Origin: a candidate division WOR-3 bacterium
Lineage (GTDB): Bacteria > Hydrothermota > Hydrothermia > LBFQ01 > DSFT01
Reading direction: 5' to 3'
Assembly (NCBI GenBank): GCA_965649115.1
Contig: CBFGJN010000002.1
Coordinates: forward strand, 987-64,986
DNA: 64,000 bases
Part shown: positions 1-10,386 of the stretch, one piece after another
Numbering within the stretch: position 1 is the first letter of the stretch
Layout of the letters: each line of letters begins with the position of its first letter
Position numbers and translations under genes: made by a program
The notes under the pieces: generated by a model
What the model was told of the DNA's origin: nothing
The model's input: only the letters and a program-made list of their open reading frames with translations
Database searches by the model: none

Positions 1-846
1 TTACTACTTTATTTTCTTGCGGTTATTTTTGGGTTCATTGGTTATTTTTTTTCTGCTGTTAGATGGTTTGTGTTTATAAAAGCATATAAGTTGAATGTTA
101 GTTTCTTTGAAGCAAATAAATATGTTTTTGTAGGTTTATTTTTAGGTTTAATTCTTCCATCAGGAGCAGGTGTTGATTTGGTTAGATTTTTCTATGCTCA
201 AAGGAATAATTTAGATAGAAGAGCGGAGGTTTTATCATCAATTTTTGTAGATAGATTTGTTGGTGTTATTGCATTAGTTTGTTTAGCATTACTTGGTATT
301 TACTTTGGTGTTGAAAGAATTAGACAAGTTGCCGAAGAGCTAATTTGGATAATGATTGCTTTAATAGGATTCTTTATATTTATGCTAACACCTTTATTTG
401 AAAAAATTATTTTATCATTATTTGGGAATATAAAAAAATTTAGAATAGGTGAAAGAATTCAAAAACTCTTAAATTCGTTTTCTTTATATAAAGAAAATAA
501 ATTTGTTGTAATTTCATCATTTTTTATCTCAATAATTATGCAAATTTTTTTTGGAACATCTGCTTTCTTTATTTCAAAAGCTCTTGGTTTTAATTTAAAT
601 TTGGTTGAAATGATTTTAATAACATCTGCTATAAACTTTATAACGATGATTCCTATTAGTTTTAGTGGTATTGGTATAAGAGAGGGGGGATTTATTTTCT
701 TTTTGTCAGATAAAATTGGATTAGAAGGAGCAGTTGCAATTTCTATATTATATTATTTTAGTGGAATTTTGGCATTTTCTCCATTTGGTTTCTTAGTATT
801 TATTTTAGAACCTGTTAAATGGACATTAAGAAAAGAAGAATTATGA
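1..846 (+). CDS. Membrane protein, flippase-like / lysylphosphatidylglycerol-synthase TM-domain (UPF0104-like). 5' end is truncated by the window edge.
   Basis: The ORF is open to position 1 in the same frame. The protein is multi-pass hydrophobic with a conserved-looking GxGxxExG-type segment (IGIREGGFIFF). Assignment is by general resemblance only. Confidence 0.45.
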   Translation, partial: LLLYFLAVIFGFIGYFFSAVRWFVFIKAYKLNVSFFEANKYVFVGLFLGLILPSGAGVDLVRFFYAQRNNLDRRAEVLSSIFVDRFVGVIALVCLALLGIYFGVERIRQVAEELIWIMIALIGFFIFMLTPLFEKIILSLFGNIKKFRIGERIQKLLNSFSLYKENKFVVISSFFISIIMQIFFGTSAFFISKALGFNLNLVEMILITSAINFITMIPISFSGIGIREGGFIFFLSDKIGLEGAVAISILYYFSGILAFSPFGFLVFILEPVKWTLRKEEL

Positions 847-1982
847 AAAAGATAGGGATTATTGGAGCAACAGGTTCTATTGGTAGTCAAGCAATTGAAG
901 TTATTAGAAAATTTAAAAATTTATATAAAATTGAATTTTTGGTTAGTTATTCTAATTATAGAAGGCTTTTTGAAATTGCAAAGGAATTTAATGTAAAAAA
1001 AATTGGATTAATAAAAGAGGATATTGAAATTAATGATGAGCGTTTTATAATCTACAAGGGTAAAGATGAGATATTAAGCTTAATAGAAGATATTGATTTA
1101 TTATTTGTTTCAACTACTGGCATTTTTTCAATTTTTCCTGTCTTAAAAGCAATTGAAAAAAACATAGATATTGCTCTTGCTAATAAAGAAGTTCTTGTTT
1201 CATTTGGTAAAGTTGTGAATGAAAAATTAAAAACATCAAATTCTAAAATAATTCCTGTTGATTCAGAACATTCAGCGATATTTCAGCTGATAAATCCCTA
1301 TAAAAATGATTTTGTCAGAATAATTCTAACTGCTTCTGGTGGTCCATTTTTGAATTTATCAATTGAAGAGATGGAAAATGTCCCAGTGGAAATGGCATTA
1401 AATCATCCAACTTGGAAAATGGGTAAAAAAATCACAATTGATTCTGCTACACTTTTTAATAAATCTCTTGAAATTATTGAAGCTTATTATTTATTTAAAA
1501 CAAAGAATATAGATGTTGTAATCCATCCACAAAGCATTGTCCATTCATTTGTTCAATTAAAAGATGGTTCATTATTGGCTCATCTTGGTTTTCCCGATAT
1601 GAAAATTCCAATAGCATATGCTTTAAGTTATCCAGATAGACTTGAATTACCATCAGTAATAACTCATCCTTATGATTTTGATAAATTAACATTTCTAAAA
1701 CCTGATTTTGAAAAATTTCCATCTTTAAAAATTGCTTACTTTTGTCTTGAAAAACTTTCTTATTATCCAACTATTATGAATGCTTCAAATGAAGTTGCAG
1801 TTTATAGTTTTCTTGAGGGAAAAATTAAGTTTAGGGATATTTTTAGGGTTGTTGAAGAAACCTTTAATAAGATAGGAAATGAAAATTTAAAAGATGAAAC
1901 ACTTGAAGATTTGTTATATGTTGATAATTTATCTCGTGTTATTGCTGATTCTATCGTGTCAGAAATATCAAAAAGAAGATAA
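843..1982 (+). CDS. dxr: 1-deoxy-D-xylulose 5-phosphate reductoisomerase
   Basis: N-terminal NADPH motif KIGIIGATGSIGSQ and the LANKE and NHPTWKMG motifs are typical of Dxr. The start was moved to the internal Met (MKKIGIIG). Confidence 0.9.
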   Translation: MKKIGIIGATGSIGSQAIEVIRKFKNLYKIEFLVSYSNYRRLFEIAKEFNVKKIGLIKEDIEINDERFIIYKGKDEILSLIEDIDLLFVSTTGIFSIFPVLKAIEKNIDIALANKEVLVSFGKVVNEKLKTSNSKIIPVDSEHSAIFQLINPYKNDFVRIILTASGGPFLNLSIEEMENVPVEMALNHPTWKMGKKITIDSATLFNKSLEIIEAYYLFKTKNIDVVIHPQSIVHSFVQLKDGSLLAHLGFPDMKIPIAYALSYPDRLELPSVITHPYDFDKLTFLKPDFEKFPSLKIAYFCLEKLSYYPTIMNASNEVAVYSFLEGKIKFRDIFRVVEETFNKIGNENLKDETLEDLLYVDNLSRVIADSIVSEISKRR

Positions 1983-2718
1983 AATTGTTGTTAAAAACAA
2001 GGATTTTTGTGATAGTTCATTTATTGATGGTGTTTATTATAAAAGCAAGTTTTTTATTTTAACATTAAGTTGTGGAATTTTTGAATATGATGAAAATTTC
2101 AAAAAATTAAAATTTTATAAATTAAAGGGTTATTTTTCTATTAGTGATGATAGTCTGTTTTTAATTTCTGATAAAATTTATCTATATAATGATAGTTTTC
2201 TGCCTTTTAGAGAAATTAATAATTTAATTGGTTATGTTAATGGATTTTATATTTTTAGAGATAAAATCATTTTTTTAGAAGACACATTTAAAATTGAAGA
2301 TGTTGAAGTATTTAAGTTTTATAAGGATAAGCTTTTTATTGGAACAAATGGATATGGATTATATGTAATTGATAATAGAAAAATAAGGCATTTTATTGTC
2401 GGAAATTTACCATCTAATTTTGTAAAAGCAATTTCCATTTATAAGGATACTATTATTCTTGGATTTTCAGAGCCTTTTTCAAAAAGCAAAATTGGATTTT
2501 TTTATAATGATAAAATTCTAAAAGTTTATGAATTTTCAGATGATTATATTATTGATATTTGTTCAGATAATTCATTGTATGTTGGAACCTCTAATGGATT
2601 ATTTAAGTATGAAAATTCGGAATTTAGAAAAATAGAAGAAGGTTATATATCCAAAATTTTATTTTGTAGTGAAAATAACTTAATTTTCATTTCAAATGGT
2701 AGGCTCAAAAAAATGTGA
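1918..2718 (+). CDS. Hypothetical lipoprotein with beta-propeller-like (two-component-regulator-propeller / Reg_prop-like) repeats
   Basis: Lipoprotein-type signal peptide with a Cys (LLLILSCQ). Repeated G(T/S)xNG(L/Y)xxY motifs follow. The start overlaps the dxr 3' end and is uncertain. Confidence 0.45.
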   Translation: MLIIYLVLLLILSCQKYQKEDKIVVKNKDFCDSSFIDGVYYKSKFFILTLSCGIFEYDENFKKLKFYKLKGYFSISDDSLFLISDKIYLYNDSFLPFREINNLIGYVNGFYIFRDKIIFLEDTFKIEDVEVFKFYKDKLFIGTNGYGLYVIDNRKIRHFIVGNLPSNFVKAISIYKDTIILGFSEPFSKSKIGFFYNDKILKVYEFSDDYIIDICSDNSLYVGTSNGLFKYENSEFRKIEEGYISKILFCSENNLIFISNGRLKKM

Positions 2719-2746
2719 GCTCTGTCCCCCTGATGGCAAAAGAATT

Positions 2747-2801
2747 GCAGAATTTTTGGACACAGCAAAAATAGAAATTCTCTTCCCTTTAAAATTTTAA
2801 T
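2747..2801 (+). promoter_or_regulatory. Predicted sigma70-like promoter for a leaderless transcript: -35-like TGGACA ... TTTAAAATTTTAAT immediately upstream of ATG (TAAAAT at -12..-7 relative to the A of ATG)
   Basis: The same architecture recurs at 9571..9606, 14901..14960(-), 19900..19926, 24718..24760(-), 27924..27966 (bidirectional), 30641..30676, 35901..35949, 41967..41990(-), 43383..43410(-), 43480..43498, 53090..53103 and 59950..59975(-). Confidence 0.55.
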
Positions 2802-3815
2802 ATGCTTTTTTATCTTATTAACTTTACAAGAGAAGATATTTATTTTGTTGATCAAAGTCTAAATTATGTTGTCGTTTTTACAGTAAATAAGAGAGATGAT
2901 AAAGGAGGTGTTGTAAGATATTATAATAAAAATTATAATCCAAATTATGTAATGTACGCAAGACCATTTGGTTATAAATGGAGTGTATGTAAAGATCCAG
3001 ATGGTGTTGAAAGGATGTGTTTAGACTTTCCTGATGCATATTCATTTTCTGTTTTACAAAAAGATACATCTACAATTTATATAAAAAAATTAAAAGATTT
3101 TCCTGACTCAGTTATTCCCGCAAATATAGATAAAAATGATAGTACAATTTATGTCTTTAATGCAAATGCAAGAATTTTTAAAGATAAATATGAAGAACTT
3201 GCGATGGTAATTGTTTTACCTTTAAAATTTCAAATTGTGGGATATTACTCAACGAGTGAGGGTAATTGGAAACAAGTAGGAAATACACTGGCATATTATG
3301 GCTCAAAAGTTCCTTCAAATAGTATATTTGTATTTTTTAAAGCAAAAGAGGACACATTATATAGAGAACTTGTTAAATTAATTCAAGAAGAAAGAGAAAA
3401 GAAAGAAGAAATTACTATTGAAAGAACTGAGAGAGGTTTGTTGGTTAGACTTCCAGAAAGTATATTATTTGAAAGTGGTTCAGCAGAAATTAAGGAAAGT
3501 GGCAAGGAAGTTATTAAAGAAATTTATAAGAAAATAGATTTTTCGAAAATTAAGGAATTGAGAGTAGAAGGACATACTGATAGTATTCCAATAATTGGAA
3601 AATTAACGGAAAAATATCCAACTAATTGGGAATTATCAACTGCTAGATCTTCTGCTGTTGTTAGATATTTAATTGAACTTGGGGCACCTAAGGAGAAATT
3701 AGCAGCTGTTGGTTATGCTGATGCAAGACCAATTGCAAGTAATTCAACACCTGAGGGGAGGGCAAAAAACAGGAGGGTTGAATTTATTATTATAAATGAA
3801 GAGAAACAACAATAA
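2802..3815 (+). CDS. OmpA/MotB C-terminal domain protein with an unknown conserved N-terminal domain (paralogue 1)
   Basis: The C-terminus reads TDSIPIIG...[20 protein letters not shown]...NRRVEFII, an OmpA_C-like peptidoglycan-binding signature. The first ~90 aa are shared with the next gene. The start codon follows a TTTAAAATTTTAAT box. Confidence 0.7.
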   Translation: MLFYLINFTREDIYFVDQSLNYVVVFTVNKRDDKGGVVRYYNKNYNPNYVMYARPFGYKWSVCKDPDGVERMCLDFPDAYSFSVLQKDTSTIYIKKLKDFPDSVIPANIDKNDSTIYVFNANARIFKDKYEELAMVIVLPLKFQIVGYYSTSEGNWKQVGNTLAYYGSKVPSNSIFVFFKAKEDTLYRELVKLIQEEREKKEEITIERTERGLLVRLPESILFESGSAEIKESGKEVIKEIYKKIDFSKIKELRVEGHTDSIPIIGKLTEKYPTNWELSTARSSAVVRYLIELGAPKEKLAAVGYADARPIASNSTPEGRAKNRRVEFIIINEEKQQ

Positions 3816-3830
3816 TAAGGAGGTTAGGGT

Positions 3831-4877
3831 ATGCTAAGTTTAACAATTTATATAATTAGCTATTCAAGGGAAGATGTTTATTATGTTGATCCTTCTCTAA
3901 GGTCAGTGATTGTATTTACTACGACAAAAAGACCTCAAAAGGGCGGTCTCATAAGGTACTATGTAGAGAACTATAATCCAAACTATATTGTTTATGCTAA
4001 ACCTGACAATTATACTGTATCAAAATGTAAAGATCCATTTGGTAATCAAAAATTATGCGTTGAATTTCCTCCCTCATTCTCATTTACAATTCTTCAAAGA
4101 GACTCTGCTTTACTTTATATGGTTCCTGCAAGTCAAGTAAAAGATGAAATTTTGCAAAAATTAAATATAAGTAAAGATAATGCTGATCAGTATTATATTA
4201 TGAAAGCAACAGCACAACTAATAGGTGATCCCGAAAAAAGAAGAAGAGGAATTGTTCTTTATGATTATATATCTCTTTCATTTGTTTTTCCATACGGATT
4301 TGAAATATATAATTATTATTCAACAGCAGAAGGTAAATGGAAACTTGTTGGCTCTACACTAAATTATTATTCAACAAGAATTCCTCAAACTGATATTTAC
4401 ATTGCTTTTAGACCTGTATATGATACGCTTGTTAAAGAATTGGTAAAAACAACAGGTGAAGAGAAAGAGAAGAAAGAGGAAGTTGTTTCAGTTGAAGCAA
4501 AAGCAAAGGGACCTGAAATTACGCTTTTAAAGGAGGAAATTAAATATCCTGTTGGTGTTGCAGAATTGACTGAACAAGATAAAAAATTGATTAGAGATAT
4601 TTACAATAGCATAAACTGGAATGAGGTTAAAGAAGTTATTGTTGAAGGACATGCTGATCCAAGACCAATTAGAGGAGAATTGGCTAAAAAATATCCTTCA
4701 AATTGGGAACTTTCTATATTTAGATCTTTGAATGTTGTTAGATACCTAATTGAACTTGGTGCTCCTCCTGAAAAAATTAGAGTAGCAGCAGCAGGTGAAT
4801 TTAGACCAAAATATCCAAATGATAATGAAGAACACATGGCAGGTAATAGGAGAGTTAATTTTTATGTAGTTAAATGA
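3831..4877 (+). CDS. OmpA/MotB C-terminal domain protein (paralogue 2)
   Basis: Same architecture as 2802..3815: N-terminus [11 protein letters not shown]...[11 protein letters not shown] and C-terminus [20 protein letters not shown]...NRRVNFYV. An AGGAGG RBS precedes the ATG. Confidence 0.7.
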   Translation: MLSLTIYIISYSREDVYYVDPSLRSVIVFTTTKRPQKGGLIRYYVENYNPNYIVYAKPDNYTVSKCKDPFGNQKLCVEFPPSFSFTILQRDSALLYMVPASQVKDEILQKLNISKDNADQYYIMKATAQLIGDPEKRRRGIVLYDYISLSFVFPYGFEIYNYYSTAEGKWKLVGSTLNYYSTRIPQTDIYIAFRPVYDTLVKELVKTTGEEKEKKEEVVSVEAKAKGPEITLLKEEIKYPVGVAELTEQDKKLIRDIYNSINWNEVKEVIVEGHADPRPIRGELAKKYPSNWELSIFRSLNVVRYLIELGAPPEKIRVAAAGEFRPKYPNDNEEHMAGNRRVNFYVVK

Positions 4878-6388
4878 AACACCAAAAAATTCTTATTTAT
4901 GATTTTGGTAGTCAATATACCCAACTTATAGCACGAAAAGTTAGGGAGTTAAATGTTTATTGTGAAATTGTTCCTCCTAATTACTTTGGAGATTTTGAAA
5001 ATGTTATTGGAATTATTTTAAGTGGAAGTCCTTATAGTATATATGAAAAAGATGCTCCTGATGTAAATAGGGAAATTTTTAATTTAGGAACACCTATTCT
5101 TGGAATTTGCTATGGATTACAAATAATTGCTAAACATTTTAATGGTGAAGTTTCACCATCTGAAAAAAGAGAATATGGAAAGACGAAATTAGAAATTATT
5201 AATAATTCGCTTTTATTTGATGGTTTAGAAAAGGAATTCTTTGTTTGGATGAGTCATGGGGATAAACTAACGAAATTACCAAATGGTTTTAAAGTAATAG
5301 CAAGAAGTGAAAATTCTGAATTTTGTGCAATTGAAAATAAACACATATTTGGTGTTCAATTTCATCCAGAGGTTCATCATACTCAATATGGGAAGGAAAT
5401 TTTAAGAAATTTTTTATATAAAATATGTAATGCAAAAGGTGATTGGAATTTAAGTGAATTTATAAGTGAAAAAATAAAAGAAATAAGAGAAATTGTAGGA
5501 AAAGAAAATGTTATTTTAGCCCTTTCGGGAGGTGTAGATTCAACTGTTCTTGGAAAACTATTGGAAAATGCTCTTGGAGAAAAGTTATACTTAGTTTTTG
5601 TAGATACTGGATTATTAAAAGATTATGAGAGTGAAAGACTAAAAAAGATATTTAATAAAAACTTATTTATTTTAAATGAAAAAGATGAATTTTTAAATGC
5701 TTTGAAAGGCATTATTGATCCGGAAGAAAAAAGAAAAATTATTGGGAGAAAATTTATAGAAGTTTTTAGGAAATTTATTAAAGATAATAGTTTGAAAATA
5801 AAATTTTTGGCACAAGGAACACTTTATCCCGATGTTATTGAGTCAAAACGAGTTGTAGGACCTTCTGATAAAATTAAAACTCATCATAATGTTGGAGGAC
5901 TTCCGGAAAATTTGGAATTTGAACTTATTGAACCTTTTAAATTTTTATTTAAAGATGAAGTTAGAAAAATTGGCAAATTATTAGATTTGCCTGATGAAGT
6001 AATATATAAGCATCCTTTTCCAGGTCCAGGATATGCTGTTAGAGTAATTGGGGAAGTGAGTGAGGAAAAACTCAAAATTATTAAAAAAGCAGATATTATT
6101 GTTGAAGAAGAAATTAAAAAATTTAATTTATATAATAAATTATGGCAAGCTTTTGCAGTTCTTCTTCCTGTAAAAAGTGTAGGAGTTATGGGAGATAGAA
6201 GAACTTATGAATATGTAATTGCCATAAGAATTGTTGAAAGTGAAGATGGAATGACTGCTGATTGGTCAAGAGTTCCTTATGATTTATTAGAAAAAATTAG
6301 CAATAGAATAACTAATGAAGTTAAGGGTGTTAATAGGGTCGTTTATGATATAACCTCAAAACCACCTGCTACAATTGAATGGGAATAA
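4874..6388 (+). CDS. guaA: GMP synthase (glutamine-hydrolysing)
   Basis: N-terminal GATase region ([21 protein letters not shown]), a SGGVDS PP-loop and the conserved C-terminal dimerisation region. Confidence 0.95.
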   Translation: MKHQKILIYDFGSQYTQLIARKVRELNVYCEIVPPNYFGDFENVIGIILSGSPYSIYEKDAPDVNREIFNLGTPILGICYGLQIIAKHFNGEVSPSEKREYGKTKLEIINNSLLFDGLEKEFFVWMSHGDKLTKLPNGFKVIARSENSEFCAIENKHIFGVQFHPEVHHTQYGKEILRNFLYKICNAKGDWNLSEFISEKIKEIREIVGKENVILALSGGVDSTVLGKLLENALGEKLYLVFVDTGLLKDYESERLKKIFNKNLFILNEKDEFLNALKGIIDPEEKRKIIGRKFIEVFRKFIKDNSLKIKFLAQGTLYPDVIESKRVVGPSDKIKTHHNVGGLPENLEFELIEPFKFLFKDEVRKIGKLLDLPDEVIYKHPFPGPGYAVRVIGEVSEEKLKIIKKADIIVEEEIKKFNLYNKLWQAFAVLLPVKSVGVMGDRRTYEYVIAIRIVESEDGMTADWSRVPYDLLEKISNRITNEVKGVNRVVYDITSKPPATIEWE

Positions 6389-7959
6389 AAAAACTCTTTA
6401 AACTATCAATAATTATTGTTATTATTATCATATTAGTTGGTTTTATAAAGAATTTTATAAATTCAAGAAAACCTTACTATATTGAACTTGAACTATCTTC
6501 AATAAATGAAGACCTTATTCATTTAAAAGATGTTCCAATTTCTTTATTTTTGGAGCAAGAAGAGATTTTTCCAACCTTAATTCTAAAACTTTATAAAATT
6601 AAAGATGATAATAAATTTAAGCTCCTTATTCTTAATTTAACAAATTATAACTTTAATTGGGAACAAACATATGAGTTAAGAAAAATTATTAAGGAGATTA
6701 AGAAAAAAAGAGAAGTAATATGTTATTCAGATAGTTATAATCAGAAATCTTATTATTTAGCATCCGCTTGCTCAAAAATTTACATGGCAAATGGTTCAAT
6801 TCTCGAAATTCCTGGTATTTATACAGAAATTTTATTCTACAAAGAACTTTTTGATAGTTTAAAAATAGATATATTTCCTATTCAGTTTGAAGAATATAAG
6901 TCAGCATTAGAAGTTTTGACGAGAAAAGAGCCAAGTCCCTTTTATAAGGAGCAGATTGAGAAGGTTTTAAATTTTCATTATAATGAATTAAAAAATGTTT
7001 TAATTGAGAGAGGAATTAAAAATCCTGATAGCTTAATAAATATAGGTTTCTTTTATTCAAGTGATGCTAAAAAATTGAATTTAATAGATGATATTAAATA
7101 TCTTGATGAATTTTCAGAATATAAGAAAAATTTAAGAAAAGGTTCTCTACCAGAAATTAAAGAATTTTCAAATAAAAAAATAGCGATTATTGGTGTAGAG
7201 GGAACAATAACAGATGAAGATTATTATAATCCATTTGATAAGAGTAGAACAATTGGAAAAAACTTTGCAAAATTACTTGAAAAGATAAGAAAGGATAAGA
7301 GTGTAAAAGCGGTTTTAATAAGATTAAATAGTCCTGGTGGTTCTTCACTAATGAGTGATATAATTTCAAGAGAAATAAAATTGTTAAGTAAAGAAAAAGA
7401 AGTTGTAATTTCGATGGGAAGAGTATGTGCAAGTGGTTGTTATTATATAAGTGCTTATTCAAATAAAATTTTTTCTGAACCATTTACAATAACAGGTTCA
7501 ATTGGTGTGATATTTGCCAAAATTTCAACTGATGAATTTTATAGGAAGAAGTTATTTATAAATCCATATATTTTAAAGAAGGGGGAGCATTCTGATGTTT
7601 TTTCTTCAAGAAAATTAAGTGAAATTGAAAAAGAGGGTATGAGAAATTTAGTTTATAAAATTTATGAGGATTTTATAAAAGTTGTTAGTGAAGGTAGGAA
7701 GATGAGTGTAGATAGCGTCAGAAAATTAGCAAAAGGTAAAATTTATCTTGGAGAAGAAGCATATCAATTTGGAATTGTTGATACAATAGGAGGATTTTTA
7801 GATGCTTTAAATTATTTGAAGAAAAAATATAAAGATGCAAGTTTTGAATTTTATAGTAGGGAACTTGATATTGATTTAAATTTGTTTAATTTAGGTTTAA
7901 TTGATAAGTTTTCATTTATTGAGCCACTATTTCTATTTGGTGATTTTGTAAAGCCCTAA
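6379..7959 (+). CDS. sppA: Signal peptide peptidase SppA (protease IV, 67K type)
   Basis: N-terminal TM segment and two ClpP/crotonase-like repeats. The second repeat ([14 protein letters not shown]) carries the catalytic Ser. Confidence 0.8.
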   Translation: MGIKKLFKLSIIIVIIIILVGFIKNFINSRKPYYIELELSSINEDLIHLKDVPISLFLEQEEIFPTLILKLYKIKDDNKFKLLILNLTNYNFNWEQTYELRKIIKEIKKKREVICYSDSYNQKSYYLASACSKIYMANGSILEIPGIYTEILFYKELFDSLKIDIFPIQFEEYKSALEVLTRKEPSPFYKEQIEKVLNFHYNELKNVLIERGIKNPDSLINIGFFYSSDAKKLNLIDDIKYLDEFSEYKKNLRKGSLPEIKEFSNKKIAIIGVEGTITDEDYYNPFDKSRTIGKNFAKLLEKIRKDKSVKAVLIRLNSPGGSSLMSDIISREIKLLSKEKEVVISMGRVCASGCYYISAYSNKIFSEPFTITGSIGVIFAKISTDEFYRKKLFINPYILKKGEHSDVFSSRKLSEIEKEGMRNLVYKIYEDFIKVVSEGRKMSVDSVRKLAKGKIYLGEEAYQFGIVDTIGGFLDALNYLKKKYKDASFEFYSRELDIDLNLFNLGLIDKFSFIEPLFLFGDFVKP

Positions 7960-8622
7960 TGGACAATCTTCACAATTCATTTTATGTTTTTTACAAAATT
8001 TTTTTCCTGTTATGACAAATAGAGCATGAAATTCTTTATAAATTTCAATATCTTTTGGAATGTTTTTCTCAATAAAGTGCTTATATTCGTAATAATTTTT
8101 AAATTTAATATCATGCCTATTTAAAATTCTTATCGTGTAATTATCAATTACAAAACTAAATCTATTGAAAACATACAACATTATACAATCTGCTGTTTCA
8201 TTACCAATTCCTTTAATTTCTAATAACTTTTTTCTTAATTCAAAATCATTTAAATAACTTAAACTTTCAAATCCACCACTTTCAATTAAAAATTTTAGGA
8301 AATTCTTAATTGTTCTTAATTTTGAATTATAAAAGCCACAAGGTTTTATTATTTCTTTTAATTTTTCATTATCTAAATCATAAATTTTTTTAGCATATTC
8401 AAAATAATTGTTTTCATCTTTTGGAAGCAAATTTAAATTTTTGAATTTTTCTATGGATTTTTCTACATTTTTCCAACTTGTGTTTTGTGTTAATATGGCG
8501 GATATTGCTATTTCAAGCTTACTATCACCTGGCCACCAATTTTGTTTTCCAAAATAATTCAAAAGTATCTTGTAGTATTCATAAATTAAGGAAGTGGGAT
8601 AATGGTCCATGACCATTTCCAA
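7933..8622 (-). CDS. HhH-GPD superfamily base-excision repair glycosylase (endonuclease III-like)
   Basis: QNWWPG...LTQNTSW motif, an HhH region (KGIGNETADCIML) and C-terminal Cys residues (CKKHKMNCEDC). Confidence 0.65.
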   Translation of the reverse strand: MEMVMDHYPTSLIYEYYKILLNYFGKQNWWPGDSKLEIAISAILTQNTSWKNVEKSIEKFKNLNLLPKDENNYFEYAKKIYDLDNEKLKEIIKPCGFYNSKLRTIKNFLKFLIESGGFESLSYLNDFELRKKLLEIKGIGNETADCIMLYVFNRFSFVIDNYTIRILNRHDIKFKNYYEYKHFIEKNIPKDIEIYKEFHALFVITGKKFCKKHKMNCEDCPLGLYKITK

Positions 8623-9367
8623 TATCTAAGCTATTTTCAATAGCAAATTGAAGATAAGCCCTTGCTATTCTTATGGATTTTATTATATCTCTACCTTTTG
8701 CCAAGTTAGCTGTTATAGCGGCAGAATAAGTACAACCTGTTCCATGAGTATTTTTTGTTTGAACAAATGGATAAACTAGCTCAATAAATTCATTATTATA
8801 ATAAATCAAATCTACAACTTTGTTTTCAAATGGTATGTGGCCACCTTTAATGACGACGCATCTAGCACCAAAACTACTTATAATTTTTGCACATTCTTTC
8901 ATATCATTTAAAGATTTTATTTCTAAATTTGTTATAGCCTTTGCCTCATTTACATTTGGTGTTATTATTAGTGCTAATGGTATAATTTCTTTTATTAAAG
9001 CTTCAATAGCGCTATCTTTGAGAAGTTTATCTCCACTCTTTGCTACCATTACGGGATCAACAACAACATTTTTAATTTTAAAATCTTTTATTGCCTTTGA
9101 TACTGAAATAATAATTTCTTCATTTGATAGCATTCCCGTTTTGGCAGCATCTATCCCTATATCTTCTGCTATGACTTTTATTTGATTATAAACGAACTGA
9201 CCAGGTGTATCATAAATATCATAAACGCCAAGTGTATTTTGTGCAGTTAAAGATGTTATAGCACTTAAACCATAGACACCAAATGCGGAAAATGTTTTTA
9301 AATCTGCTTGGACTCCAGCACCTCCTCCACTATCACTTCCAGCTATTGTTAGTGCTTTTGGAATCAT
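8579..9367 (-). CDS. thiD: Hydroxymethylpyrimidine/phosphomethylpyrimidine kinase
   Basis: N-terminus LTIAGSDSGGGAGVQADLKT and the PdxK/ThiD ribokinase-fold C-terminus (HGTGCTYSAAI). Confidence 0.9.
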   Translation of the reverse strand: MIPKALTIAGSDSGGGAGVQADLKTFSAFGVYGLSAITSLTAQNTLGVYDIYDTPGQFVYNQIKVIAEDIGIDAAKTGMLSNEEIIISVSKAIKDFKIKNVVVDPVMVAKSGDKLLKDSAIEALIKEIIPLALIITPNVNEAKAITNLEIKSLNDMKECAKIISSFGARCVVIKGGHIPFENKVVDLIYYNNEFIELVYPFVQTKNTHGTGCTYSAAITANLAKGRDIIKSIRIARAYLQFAIENSLDIGNGHGPLSHFLNL

Positions 9368-9606
9368 TTTAAAATTTTAATGGATAAATTGCTTATGTTT
9401 TTGCCTTGTTTAGTAATTCGGCAAGGGGGCTAAGAATTATTGCTTTGTCCAATAATTATTGTTAAATTCTTGATTATCAATAACTTATAAAAGCTTTGAG
9501 GAAATTATAGATTTAAATGGGTATTTATAAGGCGAAGGCTTAAATATAGAAATAATTATATTTTTAGAATTACTAGACAAACCAAAGAATTATAAGCTTT
9601 AAAATT

Positions 9607-10386
9607 TTGACTATGAATTATCAAAATATCCTTTTGTTTTTTGAAAACGAAATAGCTATTATTAAACTAAATAGACCCAAGTCTTTAAATGCTTTAAATA
9701 AAGAGTTAATGAGAGAACTTGCTGATTGTATAGAGAAACTTGAAAATGATAAAAATGTAAAAGTTATTATTATTACTGGTAATGAAAGAGCTTTTGCAGC
9801 AGGTGCGGATTTAAATGAGTTTTACAATAAAACACCTAATGATATGTTTGAAAATTATAGATTTTTGGAATGGGAAAGAGTTTATAAATGCTTTAAACCT
9901 TTAATAGCGGGAGTAAGTGGTTATGCACTTGGTGGTGGTTTTGAACTTGCCATGATTTGTGATATGATTGTTGCTTCTGATAGTGCTATTTTTGGACAAC
10001 CTGAAATAAATGTAGGTCTTATGCCAGGTGCTGGTGGAACCCAACGATTGACTAAAATTATTCAAAAACAAAGAGCAATGGAATATATTTTAAGTGGTAA
10101 GTACATAGATGTTTGGACAGCTTATAAATTGGGAATTGTAAATAAAATCGTTCCAACAGAAATTTATCTTGAAATGACAATAAAATTTGCAAAGGAATTT
10201 TTAAATAAACCTCCAATATCTTTAAATATAGCAAAGGATAGTATAAAAATGAGTTATGAAACGAATCTTCAAGAAGGTCTTGAATACGAAAGAAGAATGT
10301 TTTACTATTTATTTTCTACAAAAGATTCAATGGAAGGTGTTAAAGCTTTTCTTGAAAAAAGAAAACCAAACTTTAAAGGAGAATGA
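9607..10386 (+). CDS. Enoyl-CoA hydratase/isomerase (crotonase) family protein
   Basis: AFAAGADLNEF oxyanion-hole region, GYALGGGFELAMICD, and an overall length of 259 aa. Confidence 0.85.
   Translation: MTMNYQNILLFFENEIAIIKLNRPKSLNALNKELMRELADCIEKLENDKNVKVIIITGNERAFAAGADLNEFYNKTPNDMFENYRFLEWERVYKCFKPLIAGVSGYALGGGFELAMICDMIVASDSAIFGQPEINVGLMPGAGGTQRLTKIIQKQRAMEYILSGKYIDVWTAYKLGIVNKIVPTEIYLEMTIKFAKEFLNKPPISLNIAKDSIKMSYETNLQEGLEYERRMFYYLFSTKDSMEGVKAFLEKRKPNFKGE

Noticed and set aside
1495-1770. Antisense ORFs inside well-supported genes. The ORFs are 1495..1770, 2643..2855, 2878..3069, 4601..4837, 5884..6075, 7187..7483, 8820..9185, 11630..11842, 12993..13244, 17783..18022, 18574..18780, 19976..20167, 24248..24469, 35997..36548, 48216..48527, 48367..48588, 50095..50355, 50532..50798, 52194..52385, 54346..54531, 55355..55543, 57453..57782 and 57712..57894.
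   Set aside because: All lie on the opposite strand within genes whose products have clear family signatures. Their composition is low-complexity, as expected for an AT-rich genome. None shows domain motifs.
2741-2804. Bacteroidota-type promoter (TTTG -33 / TAnnTTTG -7) as an explanation for the conserved upstream boxes
   Set aside because: The spacing fits sigma70-like -35 (TAGACA/TGGACA) and -10 (TAAAAT) better. Internal genes use strong GGAGG Shine-Dalgarno sites, which Bacteroidota generally lack.
7933-8622. The HhH-GPD glycosylase C-terminus has only three Cys (C-x6-C-x2-C) before the stop, so its Fe-S cluster may be incomplete
   Set aside because: Many HhH-GPD family members lack the cluster or use a different fourth ligand. 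This cannot be judged without an alignment, so it is not raised to a finding.
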